64,000 nucleotides of DNA from Cystobasidiomycetes sp. EMM_F5. Lineage: Eukaryota. Position numbers and translations under genes: made by a program. Positions 44,959 through 57,809 of this stretch are shown piece after piece. The stretch covers positions 124,001 through 188,000 of the forward strand of contig JBPGPT010000014.1 of the NCBI GenBank assembly GCA_051047955.1, given 5' to 3'. Within the stretch, counting starts at the first letter, position 1. Each line of letters begins with the position of its first letter. The notes beneath the pieces are model-generated. The model made no database searches and was not told where the DNA came from. It saw only the letters and a list, made by a program, of their open reading frames with translations.

Positions 44959-46005
44959 CTCGCACAAGTCTGGCGTTGGTGAGCATTGAGCTGCCGGGCC
45001 AAGCGATGATATTGACTGATGCGTAATGTCAGGGCTTTCACTGCATTTTGAGCGGAAATCGTTATCTCAGCATACAGTATGCCATGCCGTTTACAAGTCG
45101 CAGCTGCCCTCGTCAGGCGCCCCATTCACTGCAGCAGGAAGCCGACTAGCTTCTTCAATACACCCTTGGCCTTGTCGTGTGCACCACACGTTCTAGGAAC
45201 AGATAGCAATATCGGTACTGAATATCCCATATCAAAAGCCGACCTTGGGAATTACTATCTAACAGCTGGAGTTTTTCCACCGAGCTCGCTGAATAGCAAT
45301 TATAAATGAGTGGTTCTGCTCGCATAAGGGCAAGTAGCTGGAGGCTCTTTTATCGTCTCTGCGTGTAGCCGTAAGAGGGTGTGGACCGGGCTGACGCGTA
45401 TCGGGAGCCTAATTTCTGCAAGCTTACGCGACCTAGACTCCTGTGTGATGGACGTCGTTCTTTCGAGCGTGAATCTGCTTATTTGCTTGTGCCTCCTAAG
45501 ATCGCAGGCGCGTCTCTCGCAGCGCGCTGCTAAGGCAACTTACCGAGGCTTTTTCCGCCAGAAAGAAAGATATAAGACTCACAAACAGTAACTACTAGTA
45601 CATACATTTATATGCACATACCAGTCAAATCATTTGACGCGTTGACGATCACGCCAGCATACAGCATTTCGAAATTGAAAAATATGCAGATTACGCGGGG
45701 CCATTGATGGATAATATGCATTATTTCAGCAAGATCTTTGCCCATTCCCGCAATGCGTGCTGGCGCCTTGTTACCCCGGCGCTAATATTATTGCAAGCTT
45801 ATACCACATTCCTCACCAAGATTGTTGTTTGTTGATTTTTCGCATGCCGAAGGTGTCGCCACAAAATTCGTCGCCTCATTCAAAAGCTCGAAGCTAGCCA
45901 GGTCTCTCTCTCTTTTCTTCTCATCACTCAGCTTTCCCAGACTCGGACCAACCCCTAATACATTCATTACAACCCACGCTCTTTACAAATCCCTCAACAC
46001 TCACC

Positions 46006-46616
46006 ATGCGTTCCACATTCGCTGCAATTGTCGCCCTCGCAGTCGTCCCGTTCGTCACTGCTCAGACTGTCTACTAGTACGTTTGACTCTCCCATCGTCC
46101 CGCATGTGAAAATCTCATCGTACCGTTTCTCGCACAGCGTGACCGATGTCTTCCCGGATGGCGGCAGCGGTAACGCCGACGTAGCAGTAGGTTCTCAATA
46201 CGCGGGCGATGCGTTTCACTCTGACGCAGGAATCAAAAACAGGCTACATATGGCTCTGGCTTCTCCTTGGCTCAGTGCGAAGCTGCGTGCACGGCCGATG
46301 TTGGTAAGTGCCGGGTCGGGAGAGCCTATATTGAACGCTGTTAATTCGACGTATGCACAGCATGCCAAACGTTCATCCTCGACACCACTGGCCTTTGCCA
46401 ATCGGTCGAATCTTCAGCCAACACCTTCGATGTCTTGCCTGGATCGACTGTCGGTCAGAAGCAGTAAGCCGTCCAGTCCTTCTCGAGTACTTCACCATGT
46501 TAAGGCGATCTGCCCCTTTCCCACCCAGATTCCAGAGCCTTGCCGCTTCCGCACCCCCAGCCCGCCGCATGCGCAACCGTTCCCGCAAGCAAGCTGGTAT
46601 CTTCGCCGCCAATTAG
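46006..46616 (+). CDS. Small secreted PAN/Apple-like protein with basic tail (paralog 1, 5 exons)
   Basis: MRSTFAAIVALAVVPFVTA signal; SLAQCEAACTADV|ACQTFILDTTGLCQ; tail ARRMRNRSRKQAGIFAAN*. Confidence 0.75.
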
Positions 46617-47731
46617 AGTGAAGCACGTAGCCTCCGTTGGCGACCTGTTGACCCCGCCCTTCCCATTGCCCCATCTGTAATCATGCTTCGCTCCCTTGGT
46701 AGCGGCTGTTCACAGCCTCCCGGTCAGATTGAAGTCAACCTGCACTCGGCGGATAATCGCACGGAGATTTCGTACTTTCTCATCCCTGGTCTCGCGTTAC
46801 CTCTTGTTGCCTTCCGGACATGCCATGCCGGTCGGATCTCCCATATCTACACCTTACCCTTCAGCGACACTTGAATCCGATGGCCTGTGCATCAACTTTT
46901 TCCGTCTGCGCAGGACGTCCATTAGATGCACGTTTCGTTGTAGAAAACCTCTTGAGGCGCTTTGCAACTTCGTAATTTAAAGATGCTCCTGCTTTACGTC
47001 CTTTGGCAAAGACAGTTGCACAGCAGAACAGGCCTAAGTCTTAGCACAAACAGAAATCTGGTCGCAACCGTGGTCGCAATCATTGCTTCTTCAGCTGCCC
47101 AGGTGTAATAGAGCCACTGACGAGCTTGTGGCAGCAGCGGCGCGTGTCAGGCACGCGGCTCAACAGGCCGACTGTACCTTTTTACAATACAACGAGGAGT
47201 TCCAGCTGGGACCGCGACAACTTATGTTGTAAGACTCAAGGCAGGCATGCGAGCTACGACAGTGACATACAGCAAGTATTGGCTCAGCATTTCCTACTAT
47301 GCGATGTGTCTTGCAGAGTACCGCAGGTATGCAATACGACGCGTCCTTCGGCATGTTGGCAAGCTTTTTTACGCGTAAAGGGCACTGCCTTGGGTATGTG
47401 AACGGACCTCTGCCTTCATTGTTGTAAGACAGCACGCTATACGCGTCGTGTCACTGTCACTGTGCACTCGTTCATCCGCTCCTCTTCCTTCTGCTACTCA
47501 TTTTTGTTACACACTCTGCGACTGTCCCTTCGACCTCCCATTCGTCTCTGCCCTGCTCTATAGCACCCGCACGAAGAACATCACACTCACTTCAAGCACA
47601 TCTTTGAACCATAAATCAGGCGCCGGTCTCGACTCTTGTGACGCGCCATACCAATCTGCCAGTAGAAAACGATCAGCACGCGTTGTTCTATTTGACCTCC
47701 ACCTCACTAAGCGCGAAAATCACCAGTCATC

Positions 47732-48329
47732 ATGCGCCATTCGACTTCCACTATTGTCGCCGCCTTGGCCGCAGTCTTTCTCTATGCGCTTCCTGCCGTC
47801 GCAGCGGATTCATATACTGCAACAGACAATACCACAGCAGACATGATTGCTGATGCCGAACTACTCGTAAGTGGAAGCAGTGTCGTTTTCCGCACATGAT
47901 GAGCTGAGGCCGCTCTGTGTCCTCTGCCTGCAGACTGCCGACCCACTCACCTCCAACTCCCTGTCAAACTGCGAAGGCTCGTGCTCCAGCACTTCTGGTG
48001 AGCTCATTAACAGAAAACGTACCGCCGAGTGGTGCGTGGCTAATTAGTCTTTTCCCGACAACAGGCTGCACCATGGCTGCATACTTGCCGGACTCTTCGG
48101 AATGCTGGCTCTTTGGGCCAGGTAGCAACACGTATCAAGTCAAGGAACAGTGGACTTCTGCTGTCAGAAGTGCAGCAGTAGCAGAGTTAGTGCAGTGCAT
48201 TAGTTGCACCGGGTTCAGGTGACTCATGATGAACGCTTTTGCAGCTCCGCCGCAGCCCCACAATTCTCCACCGCTCATACGCCGCGTCAAAGGCGTCGCG
48301 AGCGTGCCAACAAGAAGCAGCGAATCTAG
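47732..48329 (+). CDS. Small secreted PAN/Apple-like protein with basic tail (paralog 2, 4 exons)
   Basis: MRHSTSTIVAALAAVFLYALPAVAA signal; SLSNCEGSCSSTS|GCTMAAYLPDSSECWL; tail PRQRRRERANKKQRI*. Confidence 0.75.
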
Positions 48330-48933
48330 ACCGCTGACAATCGTGCAGAAAGATCAGCTCGGTCAGCACCTGAACTTCTCCCGCCGACCTTCGACCAAAG
48401 CCGCGGTACACCCTTCGTGTTTGCCGCGTGCTGCCTGTAGGACAGACTTTACGGCAGAGCCTGTTCTTGACTCTTCGACTAGAGACGCTTTCTTTGATGT
48501 ACGCACAAGCCCTGGTGGCTTTTGTTCGTATTAGGGTGTCAGCACCTTGCCCTGTTGTTCTTTTCTCTCTCCTCCCCCTTAATAGCATTGACCTGCGTAT
48601 CCCCATTAGACTTTGGTTCTTTGCAACTCAGCGTTCTTTGGTTTGCTGCAGTGTTGCATCATCAGCGTTCTCGAGGGGTATGGTCAGCGCGTCAATTGCG
48701 TTAGTAACCGATGTCAGCAGGGCAAGGTCAGGCCCGGATGGGGCATGTATACGATAGAGCACTCTGCATGACGATGGAGTTCAAGGGAGACCTGCCGCGT
48801 CGTTGTCTTCGTGTCCCAAAAATCATGATCGATATTATTGAAGCGGTCTTCGAGGTCGATGGCTTCGGTTCCAACAATCCACAACCTGACAGCTGCGGTC
48901 TTGCGGAAGCGCAACATCACCACACTCCTTGCA

Positions 48934-48940
48934 TATATAA
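48934..48940 (+). promoter_or_regulatory. Putative TATA box of the CFEM gene
   Basis: TATATAA about 200 nt upstream of ATG 49143. Confidence 0.4.
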
Positions 48941-49142
48941 CAGCTGGTCGACATCTGACTCCGCCCAGCCTCGGCTTCGTGTGCCAGCCCTTTGCGACCA
49001 GCCACGCCCTGGGCCTGGTGTTGACATTCCTCGACAAACAGCCATCTTAAACGGGGAACGCAGTCAACGCCTTGCACGGCGACGTGCACAACGCTGACTG
49101 TACCATTGGTGTTGGCAGACTGCACTACTGCCAGCATCGAGA

Positions 49143-50343
49143 ATGCCGCGCTCGAGACGACGAGCGACGACGGCAACTCTGGCTCTGGCCCTCGTCGGTC
49201 AGGCCAGTGCTCAGTTTGCGAGTGACGCTCCTAGTGAGTGGGATTAGTCTATAGCGCATCATAAGCCATATCTGATGCGACGATGACCCCACAGGTTGCG
49301 CTTCGCTGTGCATTCGCGTCAAGATTAGCGAAGCGGCCGACCCAGGCCTAGCGGTCGGTGCGTACTTTGTACCGTACACAGATCTGGCCGGACGTCCAGC
49401 TGACTAGTCCTCTCCCTCCAGGTTGCGATGTCAATCAGCCTTCTACCTACGTCTCGTGCTTGTGCGCCTCTAGCAAATTTACAAAGGCCTACGATGTGTG
49501 AGTGGCTCGCCAGCCAATCTTCGCTGTGAATGGCGCATTGCGAATTGCGATCTGACTGGTAACGCGTTGTGTATGTTTCACTCTCCTAACAGCTGTTTGA
49601 CACAAAATTGTTACTATTACTCCGACTTGCAGACAGGGCGAGACCTGTTTTCAAGTTTCTGTAATAATGCCCCTGTAGCAGAACGTAGGCATATGCATAC
49701 TTCGATTTGTCGTGATTGGTACGTTACGGGCTGACGTCTCCACTTCCGCGCGCGCCCGCGTCTGCAGAGTCTGCTGCGATATCGGTGGGCTCCGTCGCCG
49801 TAGCATCGCAAGCTAGCACGAAAACAGGCGTGTCCTCCTCTGCCGCCTCGGCGACAACGAGCGCTGCTGCCAAGACAACTTCAATCAGTACGACTAGCGG
49901 GGGCACCTCATCTCCAGCATCCACTAGCGCGACATCCGTCTCCCCCGCTTCTGCATCGACATCCGGGTCGGCTTCTGCTACTACGTCCACGACGGGAGGC
50001 TCCTCTTCGACCTCTCGGAATACCGTCTCATTCACGACTGGATCACAGTCCACTACACAATCATCATCGACAGGAAGCGCAAGCCAGACAACTTCAGGTA
50101 ACGCGTCGCAAACCGGTGAAAGCGGTTCCGGCTTGAATGCTGCTGCTATTGCGAGTGCCGTGAGTCCACTGATGTTATGTAGGGAATATGGTTCCACAGA
50201 GCTGACTATACGCTTTTTGACAGCGAGCCAACGCGACAGGCGTAAACGCGGCAGGCCGACACATTTCCCCTGTACCCTTTGCAGCCATCGCAGCGACAGT
50301 CGCTTCGCTCACAGTCGGCTTTTACTCGTTGCTACGGGTATAG
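49143..50343 (+). CDS. CFEM-domain, Ser/Thr-rich, GPI-anchored surface protein
   Basis: Spliced 8-Cys domain PSCASLC..GCD..SCLC..VCLTQNC..SSFC; long S/T stalk; hydrophobic end FAAIAATVASLTVGFYSLLRV*. Confidence 0.85.
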
Positions 50344-50936
50344 GATGAAGGGAGACTGGGATCCGCACACCATATAAGGACAACCTAAGCCTCGTTGTGA
50401 CAACCCGCACAATCGGTACTAGATATCAGCATTCAGTCCGTCGTCCTCAATTCCGCATTGGTAGTTCTTACTAGCACTCTCGTTATTTTTTCCTCCTCAT
50501 CTTGTCGTTGTTGTCAATACCTCTGTAATTTTATGGAAGATCTGGGAAGCATTTACAGCTTACAGAATGTCGAGTACCATGCATGACGGGGATTCATGCA
50601 GCAGCCTGTGCCCTAGCAGAGCTCGACATTGTGTGGAATTCGCTGATAATGAAGGAGTCTAGGACAACGGAAGATATTCGAAAAAAATTGGGGTACAGAA
50701 GAGATACGTCAAGGAGGACCAACAAGAGCTCAACATCGAGCAGTACTATTCACAAAACAAGTTACGAGAACGACAATGCGTCTTATCTTTTCATGGCGTC
50801 TTCGGCGTCAATGGGATGGTCTGCATGCGCATAGCGTCTCACCCTGACAATTTGCACGGCACTCGTTGCACGCTCTGCTGATTGAAGCTGACGCGGACCT
50901 TTCTTTCTTGGTCGGCAGGCGGAGACTAACCATAGG

Positions 50937-52932
50937 TCATGCCATCGAATAGTTTCGAACTTTACGAGACGAGCCAGACGAAGGGCCTGCTATGTTTGCA
51001 GACAAGCCTGGCGCGTGTTGTTGATCTAAAGCCATACTTGCAGCTTTCGATTCTTTTCTTGGCCGTGTCGGACGCTTTCGCCCGGATTGCGGCTTAATCA
51101 TGTGCAGCAATTCTGGATGCCCTCGCTGGAGATGGGGATGTGAAAAGCCTGTATGTGTCAACTCGCCCTCTACGCGTCCACCGCTGTCATTGAGGTCTTC
51201 CAAGAGCGCAAGCTGAGACATTCGTACCATCTTGTACAGGTTGAGCTGACGGACAAAGGATGCAATCTACAGAAGTATTGTCAGATCTTATACTCAGCAA
51301 GTATGAAGCTGCAGAAAGCAGGACTCACATTCGAATGTCGGAAGAAGCGGGAAAGAATCGCTTCGCCAAATGTTGGTGAGTCTGAGTATTTAGTATGATC
51401 AGTATATCTATGTATTTGCGTGACCTAGCTGCGTACTATGGGATAATATGAAGGCTTTGCCTTTGACTGTCCAACGGATGTACTCTCCAAATTCTTGTGG
51501 TTGCGACAGGAGGAACCAGAGTTTCGATACAAAACTGGTTGCTCCGGATGCAGCTTCGATTGATTTTACCTCTTCGTCGAGATTCATTACCATTCCTGCG
51601 TGACCTGATGAATTGGAATACGATCAGCTCGGTGTACGACTTGGCTTGCAATTTGATCTCACCGGAGCCAGTGACTCTACCAACATTAGGCGCATAAGGG
51701 TACGCCGAAGAACCTGCATGTCGGACTTGGCCTGCAGGCGGGTAAGCGGTAGACCACGGCCCACCGGGAGCGGGCAGCTGAGGGGTCGGATGGTCCAGTA
51801 TACCTGGCGAGTCACATTGAAGCGAGTGTCCCGATCGAGTAGCAAGGAGGTACTGTTGATATTCGGCTTGCGCTTGTGCTACTGCAGATTGGACAGACCC
51901 GCTGGCTGCCACTGCAGCTTGTTCTGTATAGTATCGCTGAGATGTGGATGCTGGATGGGCAGAGTAGGGATGCTCGGCCAGCGAGACTCCGTCATCGAAT
52001 GATCCATGGCGATACGGCAGCGGAGCAGTTGACGGCGGCTGCCCATATGAGTCCATGCGCTGCTCCGTTTCTACATTATCGTTCAATGATGACTTTTCAG
52101 ATCTATTGTACTCGTCGGAGCCTGCTGCCGGCGTCAGTGCAGGGGTCGGCGGCTGGTGTGTCGAAAACGTCTCGGTGGAGTTGCCAGTCAGAGCCGGCGC
52201 TGACGAGGATTCGCCTGTCATCGGGCCTGCTTCCTGGTGAAGACCTGGGATGGGCATCGGCATTGACGGTAGCGACTGCTTCGTTTGACCGTGAGGAGGA
52301 ATGAATATCCGCTTTGCGTTCGCGTGGTGGTGCTGTACCAGAGTATCGGCGAGAGGTCCGCCATACCCGTTGGGCCCCATCAGATTGGTAGAAATAGTCA
52401 GAGGATGAGGAAGCGTACGACGGTGAGGGCTTCCGCCGATAGTGTGATCACTAGTAGGCGAACGATTTGGGGAGCCCAGCTGAGTGGCCGAGTAGGTCGG
52501 CGAACGATGCACATCGGACAGACTAAGGTCATTCGGCAACACCTGATCAGCATGCTGAACGTGGTAGCGATCGATGCTGTCTCCGAAGACAGAGTGAGTC
52601 GCAGGAGCGGATTGCGGGTATCCGGGACCTGTGAAGACTGGATATTGCGCTGCAACCGAGGACTGAAGATACGCTGGCGGCATCTGATGTCCTCTACCTG
52701 TTGAGGACATCGCGGATGGTAAGACATTGAGTGAATGAACAGCCATACCGTTATGTGACTGATGTGATGAAGCTCCTTCGCTATGACTTAGCAAAGCGAT
52801 AGGCGGAAGCAGCGGGCGGCCGGCATAGTGCACGTTCGGCGAAGTACTTCTTGTAGAATTACCCGAGCCTGCTCCGTTGCCATCCAATAAAATGTTACCT
52901 TGGTGCAGGATGCTCATGTCTAACGGCCTCAT
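50937..52932 (-). CDS. HSF-type DNA-binding domain transcription factor (domain near the C-terminus)
   Basis: FVSKLWFLL..YIRWTVKGKAFIL; ILSRFFRHSN|IASFVRQLNLYKM; FSHPHLQRGHPELLHMIKP; long low-complexity N-terminus. Both ends approximate. Confidence 0.85.
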
Positions 52933-55463
52933 GTGGCGTGGAGTGGCAAGGTCAAGCGCGAGTGACGATGGCTCGATGTGTGACACTGTCGACACGGAGG
53001 AACGACCGAGATGTTGCGGGAGGGATGACGGAGGGTATGTTGCAGCAAGATCTCTGCTTGCTGACCACGTATGCTTCGGTGAGCCAAGTAAGCTGTGAAA
53101 GTACGACGTCAGCGCTCGGGCCGCTGCCTTGTGAGAGGCTTTTGCAACGAAGCGACGCGAGGAGTCGCGCAGCAGGCTCGCTTGCGGTGAACTTGCAGAA
53201 AGGCTGAGGTAGACTTACGTATCTATTTTGTGACCCACGGGGACTGCGACAAATAAACAGTAGTCAGCACCTATCTCATTGCAATGATGCACTTGAGTGG
53301 GTGTGGAGAGGTGGAGTGTAGTAAGTGACAATAAGAAGGAGTGAGAATGGAGAGCAGAGTTGGCGTCCCACTAATCGAATCATCACACCTCGATTACGGT
53401 TAGACGCACGCTTCAGGTGTCGGCTGTGCGGGTTAAGCGACAATCGAAGCGTGTCCTGGCGGCGGTATAGGTGTTTCTGCACCGTGCAGACACAGGTCGG
53501 GTGAACATCGGCAAACGGGCACTCAGAGTCTCCAGTTGTTGTCAACGACGTGCGAAGACTCAACGGCTTCACACGGAAGCAGCGCGGGCGGCAGTTCATT
53601 GCGAACGAAGAAGCTGCAAAATACTGCATCGAAGAAGTGCGGCCTTCCACGCGACACATCGTAGGGCGTGGAGGAATGCACGGTTCCGTAACGGGTTCCT
53701 GCGCGCGCTTGGAGATCCAAGTGGCTAGTGACGGACTCACACTGTGACCAATTGGGAATGGAAATTGATACGGAGCCAGCTGATGAGATCTCGCTCATGC
53801 CGGACTGGCTCTTCCCGTGTTGCCCGGCTGCGGTGCAATATCCTGTTCAAGCGAGAGCAATGCTGACGCCACTCCGGGATGTCTCGTTTTCGCAAAGCCA
53901 GAGGTTGGATGGCAAGGCGATGAGAGTTGTGTCGACCGCGCAATACGTATCCCTCAAAGAAGCGGTGTTGCACTTTTTCTACAGTATACTTCGTGTTGTA
54001 TATGCGCCAGGACAGTTTAATAGACAGCGCGAGTATTGCAGAAGGCGTGCGACCCTCCGCGAACAAGGTGCGTGCCCTGGCGACAAAGCGCACCAGTCAG
54101 TAGACCAGTCGTGATAGGCTGGAGCAGCGAGTCGTGAGATCGTCAATGTATCGATGCAGAGGGAGAAGCAGAGGCGGCCTTGCCCTGTCGCCGACTGTGC
54201 AATGTTCAGCGAAAACAAACCCTGGAAGCGATCGACAACCCGCACTGAACTTGCGGCTAGTTCCGACTTTCGTGGCCAGGAGGCTTTTGAGCGTTGGCGA
54301 CATTAAAGGTCGGTGCTGCAGAGTGTTGGCTCGTCTAATGCATGTGAACGGGCGGGTAACGTAGCGCTCTCGACCGAACAGAATTAGCCTCCAGTTTGGT
54401 CACAAGAAGGCTGCACTTCCGAGTCGGCCGGTAGGCGACAGAGTGGCATGTGTCAGCAGCTTCCGCTCTGAGCAAGCAACGCTCGCGCCCTCCGTGTTGC
54501 GGCAGTGAGGAACAAGCTTAAATTCTGACCACAGAAGTCATCATCGCGAACAGCACGGAAAGACTGCGTCGTGAGCGGTACAGTATGAATCCTCCATCAA
54601 TATCAGTCTCCACAATGTCAGTACTCAGAACGACAGGACTGGTGAGAGTGCGGTTCTGGGCGAACATTGCGACCGGGAATTTGTTGCTGCCCTTCCTGAA
54701 CAGATCTGTCAGCATGGCTGTTCAGATTTCTAGCCGTCTGATATTCGTAGGTAGGTACTACTGTAGCCGGTGCTGATATCGGAAACGGCTTTCGCGACAA
54801 GCACGACGGTGCCGACTGCCAGAAAAGACGCGCTGTCTGTCAGAAATGTTTCCATTCCCGTTCAACGGTCAACGATTTCTGCAGCCGGTCGCGAAGACAA
54901 GGGGAAGGCGAGCTTGAGGGTGAAACAGGTGAATGGGTCCGTGCTCAACTCCAGCGAGACGTGGGCTGTAACGTCTTGCGATGGAAATGAGCTGCCTGCC
55001 ATGCGTTATAATGTCTCTGGTACTGCTATCGCGTCGGGGCGACCTGCTCGCTACACTCGTGACGTCCTCACATTCACCGCTCAAATCCGTACTCGTAGTT
55101 CGGCTTAGGGTAAAGACAGACCTGCATGGAGTGTGCATAGTACAGTGACATATTTCAATCCTTGTGGTGAGTCCAACGAAAGGAGGAAGCAGAAGACGCC
55201 GCTTGCAAAGAGTGGCCAATCGCGGTTTGCTTCTTATTGTTGCACTAAGACTTACAAAAGTGAAGAACTAATTTTCAAGTAGCTCACGTATCTGTAATAT
55301 CTGTACGCGTGGGCAAATTTATAGTCCTCCAAAGTAGACATCCAAACAACTCGCAAAGAAGGTTATTGCATGGCACCGCGTACCCCATCAAGAAAAACTA
55401 CCTCGTAATGTACGTACGAATGTCCATGAGAGTAAATACCGTAGCAAAAGTCGTAAAGAATCG

Positions 55464-57161
55464 TTATGCAAAGATCAGTAGACTAGCAGCCAGAGACAGA
55501 ACGGCGGAGAAGACCGACGCTGCGTGCATCGATGGTGCACTATTCGGACTGGACGTCGTCGGCGCTGCCGCAGCGCCGGCAACACCGCGAGAGACAGATG
55601 AGCCGGTCACAAGAGTCGCTAGAGAAGTCGCAGAGCTTGTCACGCTAGCCCTTGAGCTTGAGCTTGTGGGAGTCGCAGTCTGAAGGAATAGTGACAGATT
55701 GATCAGAGCATGCAAACACTGTATTTAAACGATCACATACCGCGTTTGAAAGCCCAGCATAGAGTAAGGACGACGTGTAGGTGGTGCATTGGGATGAAGA
55801 GGGAATTGCGGCTTGATAGGGAATGTATCTAAAGAAAACAAAGACAAGGATCAGTATGGGTTTGCAGAGCCGAACATTCTGCTAAAGCTAGACCCTACGT
55901 GATAATTCCCTCGCTTTCAGGTGGCTGTGTGTAAGTTCTTGTCTGTCCATTCTGAATGTAGACGCCTGGGAACAGCTGATCATCACCAGCGCAACTTTGG
56001 AAGGTGCCATTGATTTGGCCATAGTTTGCCGGTGCGCTGTGCGTTAAACGCGTAAGTACAGGCATAAAGTCCTGTTGTGCAAGCTCATTGATCCGCCTAC
56101 TTGTAAGCACAACCAATTCGGTCATAGATGTGTTCGCACATGCGCCAGTCGTTGGAATTGGCAGGATTGCACGCCTTCAAGCAAAACATATTCGCACCCA
56201 GGAAGAGATGCCATTGCATGACTGATACCGCAAGATAAGTCCGAGTTGAACAGAGTAGCTGCACATACTCACCTTGGGTAAAGGTTCTGTTGCCAGTAGT
56301 TGAATTTGTGCCGAACGCTTGTGAGTAGAGAAGGCCTCCAATGGGATTGCCACGTTGATCTGCACCATGCTGTTATTTGTAATCACCAATCAAAACATCA
56401 GTATGGGCCTCGTAGGTGCTTGATTAATGATTACGAACAGGGTCCATTTCGCCACCGTAATCACCGGCGCGCACGTTGAGCTTGGTCTGATCAACAAAGC
56501 CGACGACCTGAACGTAGGAAGGTGTGCGAGTAAATTGCACGCCAGTGAGAGCGCCGGGCGGGATCAGGCGTGAACCCTGTAAAAATATAAATCAGCGTCT
56601 GCATCACCGCAATGTTCAAGCTCTTCATGACTCACGCGCCCAGGCTTAGTACAAAAAGCTACCATTTCGCCTTCTGTGTTGCCGACGACACTGTTTGGTT
56701 CCGGTGGACCCCAGAGCTGCGTGAAGGTCATGAGAAAGAGTGCTAACGCGGCACAGCGCACTCACGCAAAAGTCATCAATGGAATTCATGATGCCGGTCT
56801 GGCAGAGCGAAGTCGGTCCTTCAGTGGTAGAGTTGCATCGCTTAAAGCCGGAATGTCAGCTCAGTGCTTGAGTATGGCCTGAAATGAACTTCGAACAACA
56901 CACATTGTATCCATATTGCGGTCCGCGAATGCCTCCGACGGTATCTGCCTTGTATGGGAGGTTGTCCTGTCAACATGGTGATCATCAGTCGCTTAAACAC
57001 ATTCTCAATGTCTGCGTCTTGTGGCTCACGTAGCTGAATTTCTTCGCAGCATGAGGAGTGAACGCGTTTGAGTTGGCAGAAGATGTCGCAGTCCCTTGCG
57101 CGCTGACATAGCGAACGATAGCAAGGAATGAAGCAGTAAATGCTAAAGAGGTTGAGCGCAT
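55464..57161 (-). CDS. GPI-anchored mannoprotein, Cryptococcus MP88 / macrophage-activating glycoprotein-like
   Basis: Signal peptide; RGPQYGYN; CNSTTEGPTSLCQT..NSIDDF|CLWGPPEPNSVVGNTEGEMVAFCTKPG; GDYGGEMDP; S/T stalk; hydrophobic tail. Confidence 0.82.
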
Positions 57162-57809
57162 TTTGAGTAGAAGCCGAAAGATTTTGCTATTGTCTCTGAA
57201 AAGAGAATGTGAAGGTCGAGTCCAGTGAAACGAAAACGAACAGTACTGAGTGACCCAGCGATTTGACGACTGTCAGAAGCCAAGTGATGTTAATGCGACG
57301 TTGATGTTGAGTCGTTAGCTGAATGGCGTGGCAGGGATGCGTTAGGCGTGCGAAGACAAAACACAACGGAGCGTAAGGCTCAAGGCTTGAGTGTGAGCTT
57401 CGATGTCAGCTATTCCCCGCGCGATCCTCAGCACCTCAGCACCGCCCATGTTTGCGCTTGCGATTGACTCTTTCAATTGCTTCACCACGCTTGGCAGCAG
57501 GCTTGGGTGCAATCGAGCGAGTGGTATGTACATTCTAGCAGCATCTTGATGTGACCCAAGCGATGCCCTGTATGTTTCTGTACCGACACCTTGGTGCGCA
57601 CACGACTGTGCTTCATCTTGTCGCAGAGTGCAGACCACCAGGTCAAGCCGCAGCTTCACCTCGTCTCAGCCAAAGGGTGATCGGTGGCGCAGACAGTGGA
57701 GAAGCAACAATGCCCGTTACGGTACTTTCGAAACGAAGTATAGTGCAATCCGACTACGGGATGTCTAGTCTACACCGAACACGTTCACTGCATGATGTTC
57801 TTTGAAGAC

